DNA from: a virus
Lineage: Duplodnaviria > Caudoviricetes
DNA: 53,826 bases
Virus record (IMG/VR): IMGVR_UViG_3300044801_000056
Span: 1 to 53,826 of that record
Direction: 5' to 3' (one strand)
In this document: positions 1 through 9,882 of the stretch, one piece after another
How the letters are laid out: every line of letters begins with the position of its first letter
Position numbering within the stretch: the stretch's first letter is position 1
The notes under the pieces: generated by a model
Databases searched by the model: none
What the model was told of the DNA's origin: nothing
The model's input: the letters and a program-made list of their open reading frames with translations, nothing else
Position numbers and translations under genes: made by a program

Positions 1-52
1 AGCTTGTAAAGCTCGTGGAATTTTTAGGTGCAAAACCCAAAGGGAATTTTCC

Positions 53-532
53 ATGAAACGCCTCACTCTCGCGGTCGCTTTCTTCCTCGCCTTTGCGGCA
101 TCGGCTTATGCTGGTCAAGTCGGGACCGCCAGCACTTGGTCTCCTGGGCAGGTCTATATTTTTGCCGAGCCTTACATTCTCGCGGCATTCGGGGCTATTT
201 TCTCCATCCTTCTCGCTTGGTTTGCACAGCTCTTGAAACGCAGGCTTGATATCGATTTCACGACGGCGATGCAAACTGACTTGCAACAAACTGCGCTCAA
301 CGCAGCGGGCCGCATCATGGCTCGGGCGGAACCCTCCTTCGCAAGCGCTCAGATCGATGTCCACTCGCCGCTTATCGCGGAAGAGCTTCCGCATGTCCTG
401 GTCAATGCGGAAGACGCGGTGAAGGCCCTTGGGATCACGCCGGATAGGGTCAGTGCGCTCATCCTGGCCAAGGTCGGGCAGCTTCAGGTGGCTGCGCAAC
501 CTGCCGTTCCGTCAGCGCCGGGGGCACCCTGA
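53..532 (+). CDS. Membrane protein, possible holin-like lysis accessory
   Basis: Signal-peptide-like N-terminus (MKRLTLAVAFFLAFAASAYA) plus one TM helix; position at the end of the late operon. Confidence 0.5.
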   Translation: MKRLTLAVAFFLAFAASAYAGQVGTASTWSPGQVYIFAEPYILAAFGAIFSILLAWFAQLLKRRLDIDFTTAMQTDLQQTALNAAGRIMARAEPSFASAQIDVHSPLIAEELPHVLVNAEDAVKALGITPDRVSALILAKVGQLQVAAQPAVPSAPGAP

Positions 533-798
533 TGGATATCATCGCCGCCATCGAAGTCGCGGCGGCCACGGCCAGCCGTCAGGACATCGGAACCACGCTT
601 GCCGACATCAAGATGCTTTACGGCGTCTACGATCAGGTCAAGACCGCCGGGAAGATCGACATCCCGGCGATGGAGAGGGCAAAAACGCTAGGCCCTACCA
701 TCAAAGCCCTAGCGCGGACAAGCGCGTTGCTTGACGCACTCCAAAGCGATCCGCAAGCCGGGCCGCATGTCGCGGCTCTTCTGACATCGCTTTCGTAA
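532..798 (+). CDS. Hypothetical protein
   Basis: Start overlaps upstream stop (TGATG); operon-like packing. Confidence 0.6.
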   Translation: MDIIAAIEVAAATASRQDIGTTLADIKMLYGVYDQVKTAGKIDIPAMERAKTLGPTIKALARTSALLDALQSDPQAGPHVAALLTSLS

Positions 799-831
799 CC
801 ACTTTCACCCTCACAAAATAGGATTACGCAT

Positions 832-1356
832 ATGTCATTCCTCACTGAAATCGAAACCGAATTCGGCGTCATCAAAATCAATGTGAATACCGTGATCGGG
901 AAGGTTATTTCCGGCATCGAACTTGTTGCCAGCGAGGCAGATGCCCTGCTCAATTGGGCTATCAGCCAGTCCGCGACCATCCAGGCCGATCTTACCGCCG
1001 CGACACCGATCATTTCGGCTGTCACGGGTCTTTTGACGACTGCGGCGACGGGCAACCCGGCGTTGGGCGTGGCCGCCGCCGATGCCGTCAGCGGGATCAA
1101 TGTAGCGGTCACTGCGGCTGAGACTGCCGTCAAGGCGCTCAATGCCGCCAATGCTGCCCTCACGGCTTCCAAGGCTGCCGGAAATGGCAAGGTCGTTAAT
1201 GACACGCAAGCTGTGATGGCGGGCATCCAATCAGTCATCGGGGCGTCTCAGACCGTCGCTAACGTCAAAAGCGTTGCGCTGGCTGCCGCCGTGACGATCC
1301 AGGCCGCGATCAACGCCACGCCCGCAGCGCCGGTGCCCGCGTCAGTCGTCCAATAA
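832..1356 (+). CDS. Ala-rich hypothetical protein
   Basis: AGGA RBS upstream; 174-aa ORF in operon. Confidence 0.65.
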   Translation: MSFLTEIETEFGVIKINVNTVIGKVISGIELVASEADALLNWAISQSATIQADLTAATPIISAVTGLLTTAATGNPALGVAAADAVSGINVAVTAAETAVKALNAANAALTASKAAGNGKVVNDTQAVMAGIQSVIGASQTVANVKSVALAAAVTIQAAINATPAAPVPASVVQ

Positions 1357-1544
1357 TGTTCGCCGCCCTCGTTTACGGTGTCATGTCAGCATGCACCATC
1401 CCGAATGGGGGCGGCGCCTGTGAGTTTCTGATGCAAGCTCACGGGCGTGCGCAATCGAAAGATTGCGGCACCCACGAACTCATCCGCGATGACGGCACGA
1501 CATTTCGGATTACGATTAACTGTAAACACTCCAAACCAGAATAA
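1356..1544 (+). CDS. Small Cys-containing hypothetical protein
   Basis: TAATG coupling with upstream ORF. Confidence 0.5.
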   Translation: MFAALVYGVMSACTIPNGGGACEFLMQAHGRAQSKDCGTHELIRDDGTTFRITINCKHSKPE

Positions 1545-1547
1545 GGC

Positions 1548-1925
1548 TTGACTAGCATGGACCTCACATCTGCGGTTGGATTTGCAACCATAGCTTTGGC
1601 ATTCGGAGCCATACTTGGTCATGCTTTTGCCGCTGGTGGCAAGAACGAGTCTATCAAAAAGAACACTGCGGAAATTGAGGCACATAAGATCGAGGCAAAA
1701 GCTCGCTGGGAAACAACGGTAGCTGAGTTTAAGGAAATTAGAAAAGAGCATATGAATTTTGAACTCATGGTGACGAGAGATTATGTGAAGAATGAAGATC
1801 TTGAAGCAACGGAGTCTCGTCTTATTACTTTGAATTCAAATACTCTTAGTCTGCTTAAAGAAATGTCCGGGAAGGTTGATCAGCTTCTTGGATGGGCTAG
1901 GAAGGCTGACGTAGACCATCATTGA
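1548..1925 (+). CDS. TM plus coiled-coil protein (lysis-region type)
   Basis: N-terminal TM helix followed by a heptad-like region; ATG at 1557 is an alternative start. Confidence 0.55.
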   Translation: MTSMDLTSAVGFATIALAFGAILGHAFAAGGKNESIKKNTAEIEAHKIEAKARWETTVAEFKEIRKEHMNFELMVTRDYVKNEDLEATESRLITLNSNTLSLLKEMSGKVDQLLGWARKADVDHH

Positions 1926-1974
1926 TCTAGATCAAGATGACCATACAATTCTATGATCAAAAGGATAAGGTCAT

Positions 1975-3399
1975 ATGGCAAATGGGTTTTCTCGCGACGA
2001 TGCTGCACGCACGATAGAAGCAATCATTCAAGCCGAATCCGAAGGATACCCACGAAAGTCAACGAAACCATTTGAGAAAAGTTCCCTTACTCGCGCGGCA
2101 GAGATATTAGGTGTTAATTTTAGTACAATGCGATCACGATGTAAGCCAAACGGTGCTCTTGCAAATCTTGGTTTCACGCTCCCCGATGAAATCGTAAAGC
2201 CCAAAGCTCCTGATTATGCTACATATTTCGAGGAAGCAAAAACACGAGCTATAGAACCGAAACCTATACCTCTAGCCGATCCCATAGATGATTTTGTTGA
2301 TCCAAAAATAAATCCAATCGCATCTCCCATTATTCTGTTAAAAGACACTTCCCTAACGCCTGCTGAACGCCGGGACGCTGAATTCTGGCGGAAGCGATAT
2401 GAGAGCGAGCGCAAAGGAAAGCTAGACGTAGAGCATCTTCTAAATGAGGTTAGTGGCGTCGTCGGGCAGCGTGTAGTCCCTCCGCAATGGTTGATGCCAA
2501 GCATTGGTGGCCCGAAGAAACGATCGGTTATCGGTCTTCTCCTAACTGATTTGCATGTTGGAGAGGTCGTCGACCCTGACGAAATTAGCGGTCTCAATGC
2601 CTATAACCCTGAGATTTTCCAGCAACGCATACGCCGGTACATCATGGCCGCTTGTGAGGTTGGGGTTAGATGGAGTTCAGATTGTCAAAATCAAGGCGCA
2701 TTTGTCGTCATTGGCGGGGATTTGATCTCTGGTGATATCCATGATGAATTGAGGATGACGAATGCCCTCACGGCTCATGAACAAGCTCTCCTGGCGGCTC
2801 AAGAGCTAACCGCCGGTCTAAAGCATGTTGCTGATACATATGGCCGGGTCCATGTGGTCTGTGTCGCCGGAAACCATGGCCGGACAACCGTAAAGCCTTC
2901 CCAAAAACAATATGCCCGTCTTTCGTATGATACGCTGACGACCAAGATGGTTGCTATGTCGCTTGCAGGAGACAAAAGGATTACGATCGATATCCCGAAT
3001 AGCCGAGATGCGATTGTGCCGATCTTTGGCCGGAATGTCTTTATCAACCACGGGGATGGCATGGGAACAGGCGGCGGTATGGGTTTCGCCGGGCCGATTC
3101 TCCCGATAGCTCGCGGATCGAAAAAAGTGGAGCTTCAGCAATTCCGCGCAAAACGGTCATTTGATCTTCTATTGCATGGTCACTACCATCATAGCGCCAA
3201 CCAGAATATGACGCTCTCAAATGGGAGCTTCCCGGCGTACACCGAATATGGCAACGGGCTCCGTATGGGTGTCGAACCTCCTCAGCAATGGCTTTTCCTA
3301 CTCCATGAGAGATGGTGGCTCCGGGAGCGTGCAGAAATACAACTCGATGAGCCGAGTTTTAAACCGCTTCCCCCATCGCAATCTCCATTCGCGCGATGA
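1975..3399 (+). CDS. Calcineurin-like metallophosphoesterase with N-terminal HTH-like segment
   Basis: Motifs TDLHVGE, GGDLISGDIH, GNHGR, NHGD, GHYH in canonical order. Confidence 0.85.
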   Translation: MANGFSRDDAARTIEAIIQAESEGYPRKSTKPFEKSSLTRAAEILGVNFSTMRSRCKPNGALANLGFTLPDEIVKPKAPDYATYFEEAKTRAIEPKPIPLADPIDDFVDPKINPIASPIILLKDTSLTPAERRDAEFWRKRYESERKGKLDVEHLLNEVSGVVGQRVVPPQWLMPSIGGPKKRSVIGLLLTDLHVGEVVDPDEISGLNAYNPEIFQQRIRRYIMAACEVGVRWSSDCQNQGAFVVIGGDLISGDIHDELRMTNALTAHEQALLAAQELTAGLKHVADTYGRVHVVCVAGNHGRTTVKPSQKQYARLSYDTLTTKMVAMSLAGDKRITIDIPNSRDAIVPIFGRNVFINHGDGMGTGGGMGFAGPILPIARGSKKVELQQFRAKRSFDLLLHGHYHHSANQNMTLSNGSFPAYTEYGNGLRMGVEPPQQWLFLLHERWWLRERAEIQLDEPSFKPLPPSQSPFAR

Positions 3400-3620
3400 G
3401 TTTCGCACGAGCCGATGCCGTTATGCTCGTGGTCTCTGGGGATGACCTTCAGCTCTTGGTGGTCTCCGAAGGTCAAATGAATTACTATGAGTTAACCACT
3501 TCGTCCGCCGCTGCATTGATGTCCGATGCCGCTCGGATTTGCGCCGGGCAGATTCTTCCACGATCCAAAATCTTAGGAGCATCCCATGCGAATAGGCCCA
3601 AGGATGATCAAGGCATTTAG
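3396..3620 (+). CDS. Hypothetical protein
   Basis: ATGA overlap with upstream stop. Confidence 0.5.
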   Translation: MSFARADAVMLVVSGDDLQLLVVSEGQMNYYELTTSSAAALMSDAARICAGQILPRSKILGASHANRPKDDQGI

Positions 3621-3828
3621 ATCCAAACATGACGCGGCGCTGTATAAAATCATGTTATGGTCGGCATCCTATGAAAATGCGAAAGACTGCGGGGAAATCG
3701 AAGAATGTGAGCAAGCATTACAGGAAATGGCTTTTATCGTTCTCTCGACGCGGAATGATTTTACAGTCTCAGAAGAGATCGAGATGATGGATAGTAAAAT
3801 AACAACCCTAAAACCACGAGGCGCTTGA
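3586..3828 (+). CDS. Hypothetical protein
   Basis: Fills the operon between coupled genes. Confidence 0.5.
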   Translation: MRIGPRMIKAFRSKHDAALYKIMLWSASYENAKDCGEIEECEQALQEMAFIVLSTRNDFTVSEEIEMMDSKITTLKPRGA

Positions 3829-4148
3829 TGGAAGCCAGACATACACTGCCGAATCGGCGAGAGAGCTATATTATTGATTTTGAGCACAGGAATATGCCAT
3901 TTACTGTTGGGTATAGCTTTTTTAAGGAAAGCGGGAATCTGGCAGAAATTTTTGTTCAACCTCGATTGCCATCTAGTGATTTGCATGACGAATTGGGAAG
4001 CGCATCAACGATTCTTAGCATTTCTCTCCAATATGATGTCCCACTTTCGACGATCCGATCTGGCCTACCAAAACATGCAAATAATCGCCCTTGTTGCATA
4101 ATTGGAAAAGCTCTTACCGCTATTGCATCTGCCCAAAATATAGAATGA
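3825..4148 (+). CDS. Stand-alone TSCPD-like protein (NrdJ class II RNR C-terminal-related)
   Basis: RHTLPNRR...GNLAEIF...SISLQYDVPL resembles the NrdJ C-terminal region. Confidence 0.7.
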   Translation: MMEARHTLPNRRESYIIDFEHRNMPFTVGYSFFKESGNLAEIFVQPRLPSSDLHDELGSASTILSISLQYDVPLSTIRSGLPKHANNRPCCIIGKALTAIASAQNIE

Positions 4149-4718
4149 ATTTCACTTGAAGCTATTCAGCTTCCTCCCAAGACTTAGCCCCGGCCGGTGA
4201 AATCGGCACGTCGCGCATGGGCGCGCCGAATCGTAGTCTGGAACCTGGACGCGGCCGTTGATGTGGACGATATCAGCCATCGGCGTTCTCCGATAGAGAG
4301 GCAAGCGCGGAGCGGGCAATGGTTATTCTCTGGTTGAACATCATCGGCTCGGAGCCATCGTCCCCATTTTGTTCCATCCAATTTGCTAGGTCGAGGACAA
4401 TGGCCCGCAAGCCAGGGAGGCAAGCGAGCCTGATTTCACGAATTAGACGCCGCAGCTCAAATCTCTTTGACCGGGGATGGCTGTTTCGTCTCACACGAGC
4501 CCGCAAACACGGGCAGGAAGGTAGGTGGCACATGACAACATAACTTGATCCATTGGCTAGGGTCGGCGGCTTCGTTCACAGCGAAGTTGCCGACTTCAGT
4601 TTCATGGGCCGGGGCTGGTAGCCGAGAGCCGGATTTCCACCTGTGCGCTCCGGAGTCCGATCCCCCGTCGGTCCACCTTAGTTTTTGGTATACGAAAGCG
4701 TTGATTCCGTCAAGGGAA

Positions 4719-5141
4719 TTAGCGTTTTTCGGTGCTTTGCCCGAACAAAATTCCCAATGTCTCGCCCTCAACGAAAACGATTCCTTCCCGATCCAGCGCA
4801 ACTTTCATTGCCTCTATATTTGAAAGACTGTTTCCGGCCACCACTGTTTCTTTGGTCTGAGACGCGGCACGTAATATATTTTCGTTAGTGTTCAACGCCA
4901 TCAAGAGCGCTTTTTGCGCGGCCTCGTTCCCGCTCTGCATGCGGTCTACTACCTTGTTGAAGTTTTCAAACTGAGACTGAGAGACGAAACTCATTGTCTC
5001 TAAGGCCTGCTTTCTTTCGTTACCCCGAACTTCTTCAAGGTGCACTTCTTTTCTGGACTCCAAGAATGCTGTAAAACCGTAATAGCCCGCCGTGACAAGC
5101 GCGAGCCCTACGATAGCTATGACGATTTCTGTTCCGGTCAT
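4719..5141 (-). CDS. Membrane-anchored hypothetical protein, possibly chimeric
   Basis: N-terminal TM; C-terminal ALDREGIVFVEGETLGI resembles the tail of alphaproteobacterial XRE regulators. Confidence 0.45.
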   Translation of the reverse strand: MTGTEIVIAIVGLALVTAGYYGFTAFLESRKEVHLEEVRGNERKQALETMSFVSQSQFENFNKVVDRMQSGNEAAQKALLMALNTNENILRAASQTKETVVAGNSLSNIEAMKVALDREGIVFVEGETLGILFGQSTEKR

Positions 5142-5156
5142 TTTTCCTACCAGCTG

Positions 5157-5363
5157 TCAAGCATCAGTTTTTATCTCCTGCTTGAGCTTCGGAAGCCGGA
5201 TGGTCATCGCATGGTAGTTCAAACCCTTGCCGGTCTCGCGATAGAGCGCTTGCGACTTAGCGAGCGTCTCGTTCCACACCCAACGTGCGCAACCGAACTG
5301 GACAGCCAAAGCCTGAGCTTGCTGGTCAGTCGGATAGAGGCGTATGCGGGTCTCGGTCAACAT
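5157..5363 (-). pseudogene. tnpB: Truncated TnpB (IS200/IS605 OrfB), N-terminal HTH only
   Basis: RIRLYPTDQQ...FGCARWVWN...RLPKLK is the HTH_OrfB_IS605 signature; stops after 68 aa with no RuvC or Zn finger. Confidence 0.85.
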
Positions 5364-5452
5364 TTCTTAGGCATAGGTAGTCTTTGTCTAAATAGCAAGA
5401 GGCCGCCTTATATCTCCGCCCTGAAGGGCGAGGCTTTACGGCGGAAAAAGTA
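5157..5452 (-). mobile_element. IS200/IS605 (IS1341-type) remnant: left-end hairpin plus tnpB stub
   Basis: Minus strand CCGCCGTAAAGCCTCGCCCTTCAGGGCGGAGATATAAGGCGG hairpin just upstream of tnpB; no tnpA. Confidence 0.75.
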
Positions 5453-5535
5453 AGCGCCGGTCTTTCGGGTCTTTGCCCTCGCATTGGCAAACGCGGCAAG
5501 CCAGTTCCCGGCTCGTAAGAGGTTCTGACGACTTC

Positions 5536-6030
5536 CTAAGCTCTGCCAGGAGGTATTCCCGAAGCTCGTTCCGGTAGAACAGGACGATGCGGGTTTGGAA
5601 CCTGAGACTGCCGGTCCGCCTCGGCTTCGAGCATGCCGATGAAACCTCGCGCGATCATATAAATCGGATCAGGTGGACCGCCAATGCCAAGCGCGGGGGT
5701 CCCAACGGATTGCCGGATTAATTCCGCAGCACGGAAGAGGCCAGGAGCGAGTGGGCCTCGCGGTGGTTGGTCGCGAAGGGCGGCGGATTTAGCAAGAGCA
5801 TCGTCGCGTTGGGCGATCATATCATTTAGTTCGTGAAAGAGTTTCTGAGCGGTATGGTCGCGATGCTCACTCAATTTCTCCGCTGCCTTCAGCGCTGCGA
5901 TCAGCGCAGCGTGGTCGTCGAGAAGATCAATGATGGCTGGCGGAGCTTCAGCAAGATGAAACCGCCCTTGCGAACGGAGATATTGCGCTTTTTTGTCTGT
6001 GACTTTAAGTTCAACCATGCTTATATTCAT
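5536..6030 (-). CDS. Hypothetical protein
   Basis: GAGG RBS; in the leftward operon. Confidence 0.55.
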   Translation of the reverse strand: MNISMVELKVTDKKAQYLRSQGRFHLAEAPPAIIDLLDDHAALIAALKAAEKLSEHRDHTAQKLFHELNDMIAQRDDALAKSAALRDQPPRGPLAPGLFRAAELIRQSVGTPALGIGGPPDPIYMIARGFIGMLEAEADRQSQVPNPHRPVLPERASGIPPGRA

Positions 6031-6063
6031 CCTCTATTTCCTAGACAACTGGTGAGCGTGCCA

Positions 6064-6480
6064 TCACTTCATCCCGAATCGGCGCTGGATTTCCGTGAGA
6101 CCGGGCGGCTGAATTTTCCCGGCGGATTTCTCCGCGCGGGCAGCATCTTTATCCTCGCGCGTCCGTCCCGAGAGCGCGGTAGGGGCGACTTTGATGCCGA
6201 GGTGGGCCGTCTCTCGTCGTTTGGCTTTGGCGATCTGAGCAACATCGATGGCGGTTTTCTTAGCATGGCAGGCAAGACAAAGAATTCGACAGTTTTCGAA
6301 TGTCGGCTCACCGGTCAAACCATCCGGATTATCGTGGTCCCCGTGGAATCGGCCCGGTTCGGCTTTGACCAAACATCTCGATCCATCGGCCAAGATGCCC
6401 TCGCATTGAAAGCCAGCATGAGCGAGGCGTTGCTTGATAGTCGCAGCGGAGAAATTCTTGCGTTTGTTAAGATCGGTCAT
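6064..6480 (-). CDS. HNH endonuclease (Zn-binding, recombination-region type)
   Basis: CEG...C...DHDNPD...ENCRILCLACHAKKT. Confidence 0.8.
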   Translation of the reverse strand: MTDLNKRKNFSAATIKQRLAHAGFQCEGILADGSRCLVKAEPGRFHGDHDNPDGLTGEPTFENCRILCLACHAKKTAIDVAQIAKAKRRETAHLGIKVAPTALSGRTREDKDAARAEKSAGKIQPPGLTEIQRRFGMK

Positions 6481-6514
6481 TTTGATCTCGATGGAGACGG
6501 GCTTCGAAAATTCT

Positions 6515-7066
6515 CTATGCCGCCCTTCCTGAATTTCGTGATAATTCCTCGACAGTTATCCCGATCATCTCGGCCATGATCTGAAGTGTTTTTTCTTTGC
6601 TCTCTTGAAAATCTTGACCTCCCATAGCCTTGAGGCTTTGGCTCTTGGCGGTATAGACCGTAACAACGCATTCAGAGGGCACGACAATCGCATAACAGTC
6701 CATCGGCCGGACAAAAGCCGCAATGCGAACAGCCTCCGCTTTCGAGCTGCAAACGATCGATCGTTCATCAGCGTACCCAGCGCGAATTAGGCATTTCTTG
6801 CGGAACTGTTCGACGCTGATATATTCGTCCGCGATATCATCGGGAAGGTTTTTATAAGCCTCTAGGACACAACAGAAAAAATGGTCGTGTGACTTGGATG
6901 ATCTCCCCTTGGCTTCGTCGAGAAGGTATATCTGATCGACGACAAAGGTTTCCTCGCATTGCTTTTTGAAGCGCGCCATCGGGACATGTGCGTGACCATT
7001 CCACTTGTACAGAATCGCCGTTTCAATTTTATCTTTCATACCGAACTCCGTTGTGATTTCGATCAT
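6515..7066 (-). CDS. NinB/DUF1367-like recombination accessory protein
   Basis: RSSKSHDHFF...AKSQS..M...FQ motif; next to the exonuclease. Confidence 0.6.
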   Translation of the reverse strand: MIEITTEFGMKDKIETAILYKWNGHAHVPMARFKKQCEETFVVDQIYLLDEAKGRSSKSHDHFFCCVLEAYKNLPDDIADEYISVEQFRKKCLIRAGYADERSIVCSSKAEAVRIAAFVRPMDCYAIVVPSECVVTVYTAKSQSLKAMGGQDFQESKEKTLQIMAEMIGITVEELSRNSGRAA

Positions 7067-7079
7067 TCCCCAATGCTGG

Positions 7080-7397
7080 TTATTTGTGAAGTTCCTCGTG
7101 CAATCTGATAACTTTCTTGGCCCCTATTGCCCCGCGTTCGATCCATCGAAAATGTTCAAGGCTATTGAGAGCGAGCTTTAGCCAGACGCGGGTAAAAAGG
7201 TCTTCTTCGTCCTTGATCATTCTGGCAAGCTTATTATGAGCACCAGTATACCCACGTCCGTCCCGTGTGAAGCAATCACCATTGTGCGCGCATTCTTCCG
7301 CATCAGAGCATGCTGGCGCATATCCTTGGCATAGCACCATTGCCGTTGCGAACGCCTCCGGCGAAGCATTGTGCTTTAAGGATGGTTTTGTGGTCAT
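7080..7397 (-). CDS. Hypothetical protein (Cys cluster)
   Basis: ATGA coupling to the exonuclease gene. Confidence 0.55.
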   Translation of the reverse strand: MTTKPSLKHNASPEAFATAMVLCQGYAPACSDAEECAHNGDCFTRDGRGYTGAHNKLARMIKDEEDLFTRVWLKLALNSLEHFRWIERGAIGAKKVIRLHEELHK

Positions 7398-8032
7398 GTT
7401 GCGCTCCTGAACCTCTGGATCAGGGCTGCCAGTTTAGCATCAACTTCTTCGAGGAAAGCGATGGCCTCTTTTTCCATTTCGACAATGCGAACGCCATCCC
7501 GATGTAGCCGTTTGACGAAGAGTTGCATGTCAGCTGGCATACGTGGATCATAGGATACGAAATCGCACCATTCGCGCCCGGTGCATGCCATCTGCCAGAG
7601 CATTTGCGTGCAATATTTTGCAGGGATTGTTTGGCCTAACAATGTTTCAATGTGCGTAGCGGTATTAGGACATTTAATTTCGACGAGGCCGGAATCCAGA
7701 ACAAGACCATCCGGCGATGCACCGCTCATTGAAATTTTGGGATGATCGACGAATCCTACTTGCGTGACTTCGATATCGATCAAAAATTCGTAGGCGATAC
7801 GCGCATTTGGCTCTTGATCCACACCCCAACGCATGGCCTCATTGGTGAATCCAACCGCGCTCGTGCCGGTTAGGCGTTCGGCCACGAGATCGGCCATGAG
7901 GTTTGCTCGTGATGCGCCCCATCCGCTCTTCGTCTTTGCCAGAGCATCTGCTAATCGCGAAGCTGTCAATTTTCCGCGCCTTGCCGCATGCCATTTCTCA
8001 GATCCCTGGATAATTTCAACGACTTCGGTCAT
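7394..8032 (-). CDS. YqaJ/lambda-exonuclease family recombination nuclease
   Basis: QGSEKWHAARRGKLTAS, GASPDGLV, EIKCP, QMLWQM, CDFVSYDPR. Confidence 0.92.
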   Translation of the reverse strand: MTEVVEIIQGSEKWHAARRGKLTASRLADALAKTKSGWGASRANLMADLVAERLTGTSAVGFTNEAMRWGVDQEPNARIAYEFLIDIEVTQVGFVDHPKISMSGASPDGLVLDSGLVEIKCPNTATHIETLLGQTIPAKYCTQMLWQMACTGREWCDFVSYDPRMPADMQLFVKRLHRDGVRIVEMEKEAIAFLEEVDAKLAALIQRFRSAT

Positions 8033-8041
8033 AATAAACCC

Positions 8042-8437
8042 CTAATACGAGATGCAAACATTAGGAACCAATTTCTGAGCGATGAGAGTGACGACGACCT
8101 TGGCGATGTCTTCCGACACGCCGCCTTGGACAAGCGCCGCAACGGCGCCCCGGTTGATCGCCGCGCAATGTTTCTTGTTTGCCTCACGATCCTCCTGCTC
8201 TTTCATCTTGCGCGCGGCATCTTGCTCGGCCTCGCGCTGCGCCTGGGCGATAGCCTCAGTGGCCTTGCGCTCTGCGGCGGCAGCTTGTTCCCTCAGAACC
8301 TTGATTGCGTGGGGATCGTGAACGTTCGCGGGATCTGCTTCGAGAATGAGCGGAATCCCATTTTCAGCGGCTCTTAGATTGTCGATGCATGCTTGCGGCC
8401 GGAAGCTTGATCCGGCGAGGTTGGTGATGATCTTCAC
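8042..8437 (-). CDS. Chimeric protein: partial HIRAN-like N-terminus plus coiled-coil phage protein C-terminus
   Basis: LAGSSFR...LEADPANVHDPHAIKV (HIRAN-like) joined to REANKKH..AIN...IAQKLVPNVCISY. Confidence 0.55.
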   Translation of the reverse strand: MKIITNLAGSSFRPQACIDNLRAAENGIPLILEADPANVHDPHAIKVLREQAAAAERKATEAIAQAQREAEQDAARKMKEQEDREANKKHCAAINRGAVAALVQGGVSEDIAKVVVTLIAQKLVPNVCISY

Positions 8438-9225
8438 AGGATGTCATCCTTCTTTGTCGCCTTGGCGGCTTCCTTTTGTGCTTTGGCTTCGAGTTTTTGG
8501 GTCAGCATCTCGTATTTATCGGCCCGGATTGTTTCGAGCGATTCCGCACCCGCCAGATCGAGAAAGATTTTCAGGTTCGACTTGGTGAGTTCGATCTTAT
8601 CGCGGATGGTCTGAACCTGCTCCGTTTCGATGAAGCGAGAGCCGCCAGCCGCATTGCCGTCATCGTCATCATCGAATTTGTTTGTGGTCACGGCGATATT
8701 GAAGATCATCGGGAGAAGTGTTGCCTTACCATAGGTTACGGCACTTTTCATCGCGTGAGTCTTGGTCATCACGTCTCCTCCCTTGGCCCCTTTGCCGTCA
8801 CAGGGCATATCGACGTGGTGGTGTTTAGTGTATCCAGAATTCGAAACCTCGGCGATGATCCTGATCTGATCTTCCTTACCGCAATCCGCCGTGTCGTAGG
8901 TGACAGAAAAGCCGTGCCTGGAATAAATCGGCCGAATCGCATGATCGAGAGCCGCATAGGATGCGTATTTGCTTCGCGTCTGCGAGTTGTCCTTATCGAC
9001 GAGCACGGCTTTCATTTCGGCTTGTGCTTGGGACATGGCGCGCATGAATTCCGCCTTGGCCCGATCATTTTGCATTTCCTTCTGCATCGCCATCAGCTCT
9101 TTGAGCCGGTCGAGCGATATTGTCGGATCGGTCGCGAAACGTTCGAACATCGACAGCATCACCAGGTCTTGGCTCATGGCTGGCACTGGAACCTGCATTT
9201 TCTCGACTTTTGCGATATCGTTCAT
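8434..9225 (-). CDS. erf: ERF-family ssDNA annealing protein
   Basis: MSQAQAEM...SKYASY...HGFSV...SAVTYG...IFNIAV..DDDG; adjacent to the exonuclease. Confidence 0.85.
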   Translation of the reverse strand: MNDIAKVEKMQVPVPAMSQDLVMLSMFERFATDPTISLDRLKELMAMQKEMQNDRAKAEFMRAMSQAQAEMKAVLVDKDNSQTRSKYASYAALDHAIRPIYSRHGFSVTYDTADCGKEDQIRIIAEVSNSGYTKHHHVDMPCDGKGAKGGDVMTKTHAMKSAVTYGKATLLPMIFNIAVTTNKFDDDDDGNAAGGSRFIETEQVQTIRDKIELTKSNLKIFLDLAGAESLETIRADKYEMLTQKLEAKAQKEAAKATKKDDIL

Positions 9226-9493
9226 GGTGTTTCCTTTGCTCCGCTTAAAACTTCACATTTTGCCAATTCACGGTGTGCTCCTATAGCCGTCTTCGGGACC
9301 GTGGATTGTGACATTTTCCATCACTTTCCCCTCGATAGTTCGATCTTTGCCCAAGACGGGACGGCATGGTGATGCGACGGATCAGGCGGACAAACCACGC
9401 AATACGCCAAAAACCAAACGATTCCGACAAGCGTGAACATTCCGGCATCGACGATCCAGTCTTTCCAACGGGGAAGGCGATTCGTATCGGTTT

Positions 9494-9820
9494 TCATAGC
9501 TGCGTTCTCCCGCCGCGTGGAATGCCGTATTTCTCGGCGCGATAAGCGATGATGCGGTCTTGCTTTGCGATGGCTATCACGTCATCGCGATAGTCCGCGA
9601 TCTGCGCCGGGTCGATGCCGTGATCCCACAACATCGCGTTGATTTCATCATCGGTGCTTCGATCCCATGCCTCTTGCGCAAGAACATGCGCGGCGAGCGC
9701 GGCGGTCGGATTTTCATCGGCGAGCGAAAGCCGGTTGATGTGCCCGCGCGCGTCGATAAATCGAGAGCCGTAGTCGTGGACGGGCAAGGCGTCTTGTGGG
9801 GTGATGACGAGCGCGGTCAT
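9494..9820 (-). CDS. Hypothetical protein
   Basis: AGGAG RBS before ATG at 9820. Confidence 0.55.
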   Translation of the reverse strand: MTALVITPQDALPVHDYGSRFIDARGHINRLSLADENPTAALAAHVLAQEAWDRSTDDEINAMLWDHGIDPAQIADYRDDVIAIAKQDRIIAYRAEKYGIPRGGRTQL

Positions 9821-9882
9821 GGTTAGAAATCTCCTTGAAGGCGGTGATCTGTTTCTTCTTCCACGATCCGCTCGTAAACATT

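Noticed and set aside
8476-9372. 298-aa + strand ORF opposite erf (also 5833-6579, 35522-36205 and 51282-51962)
   Set aside because: Antisense shadows of well-supported genes with no recognisable motifs, unlike the intein-embedded HNH.
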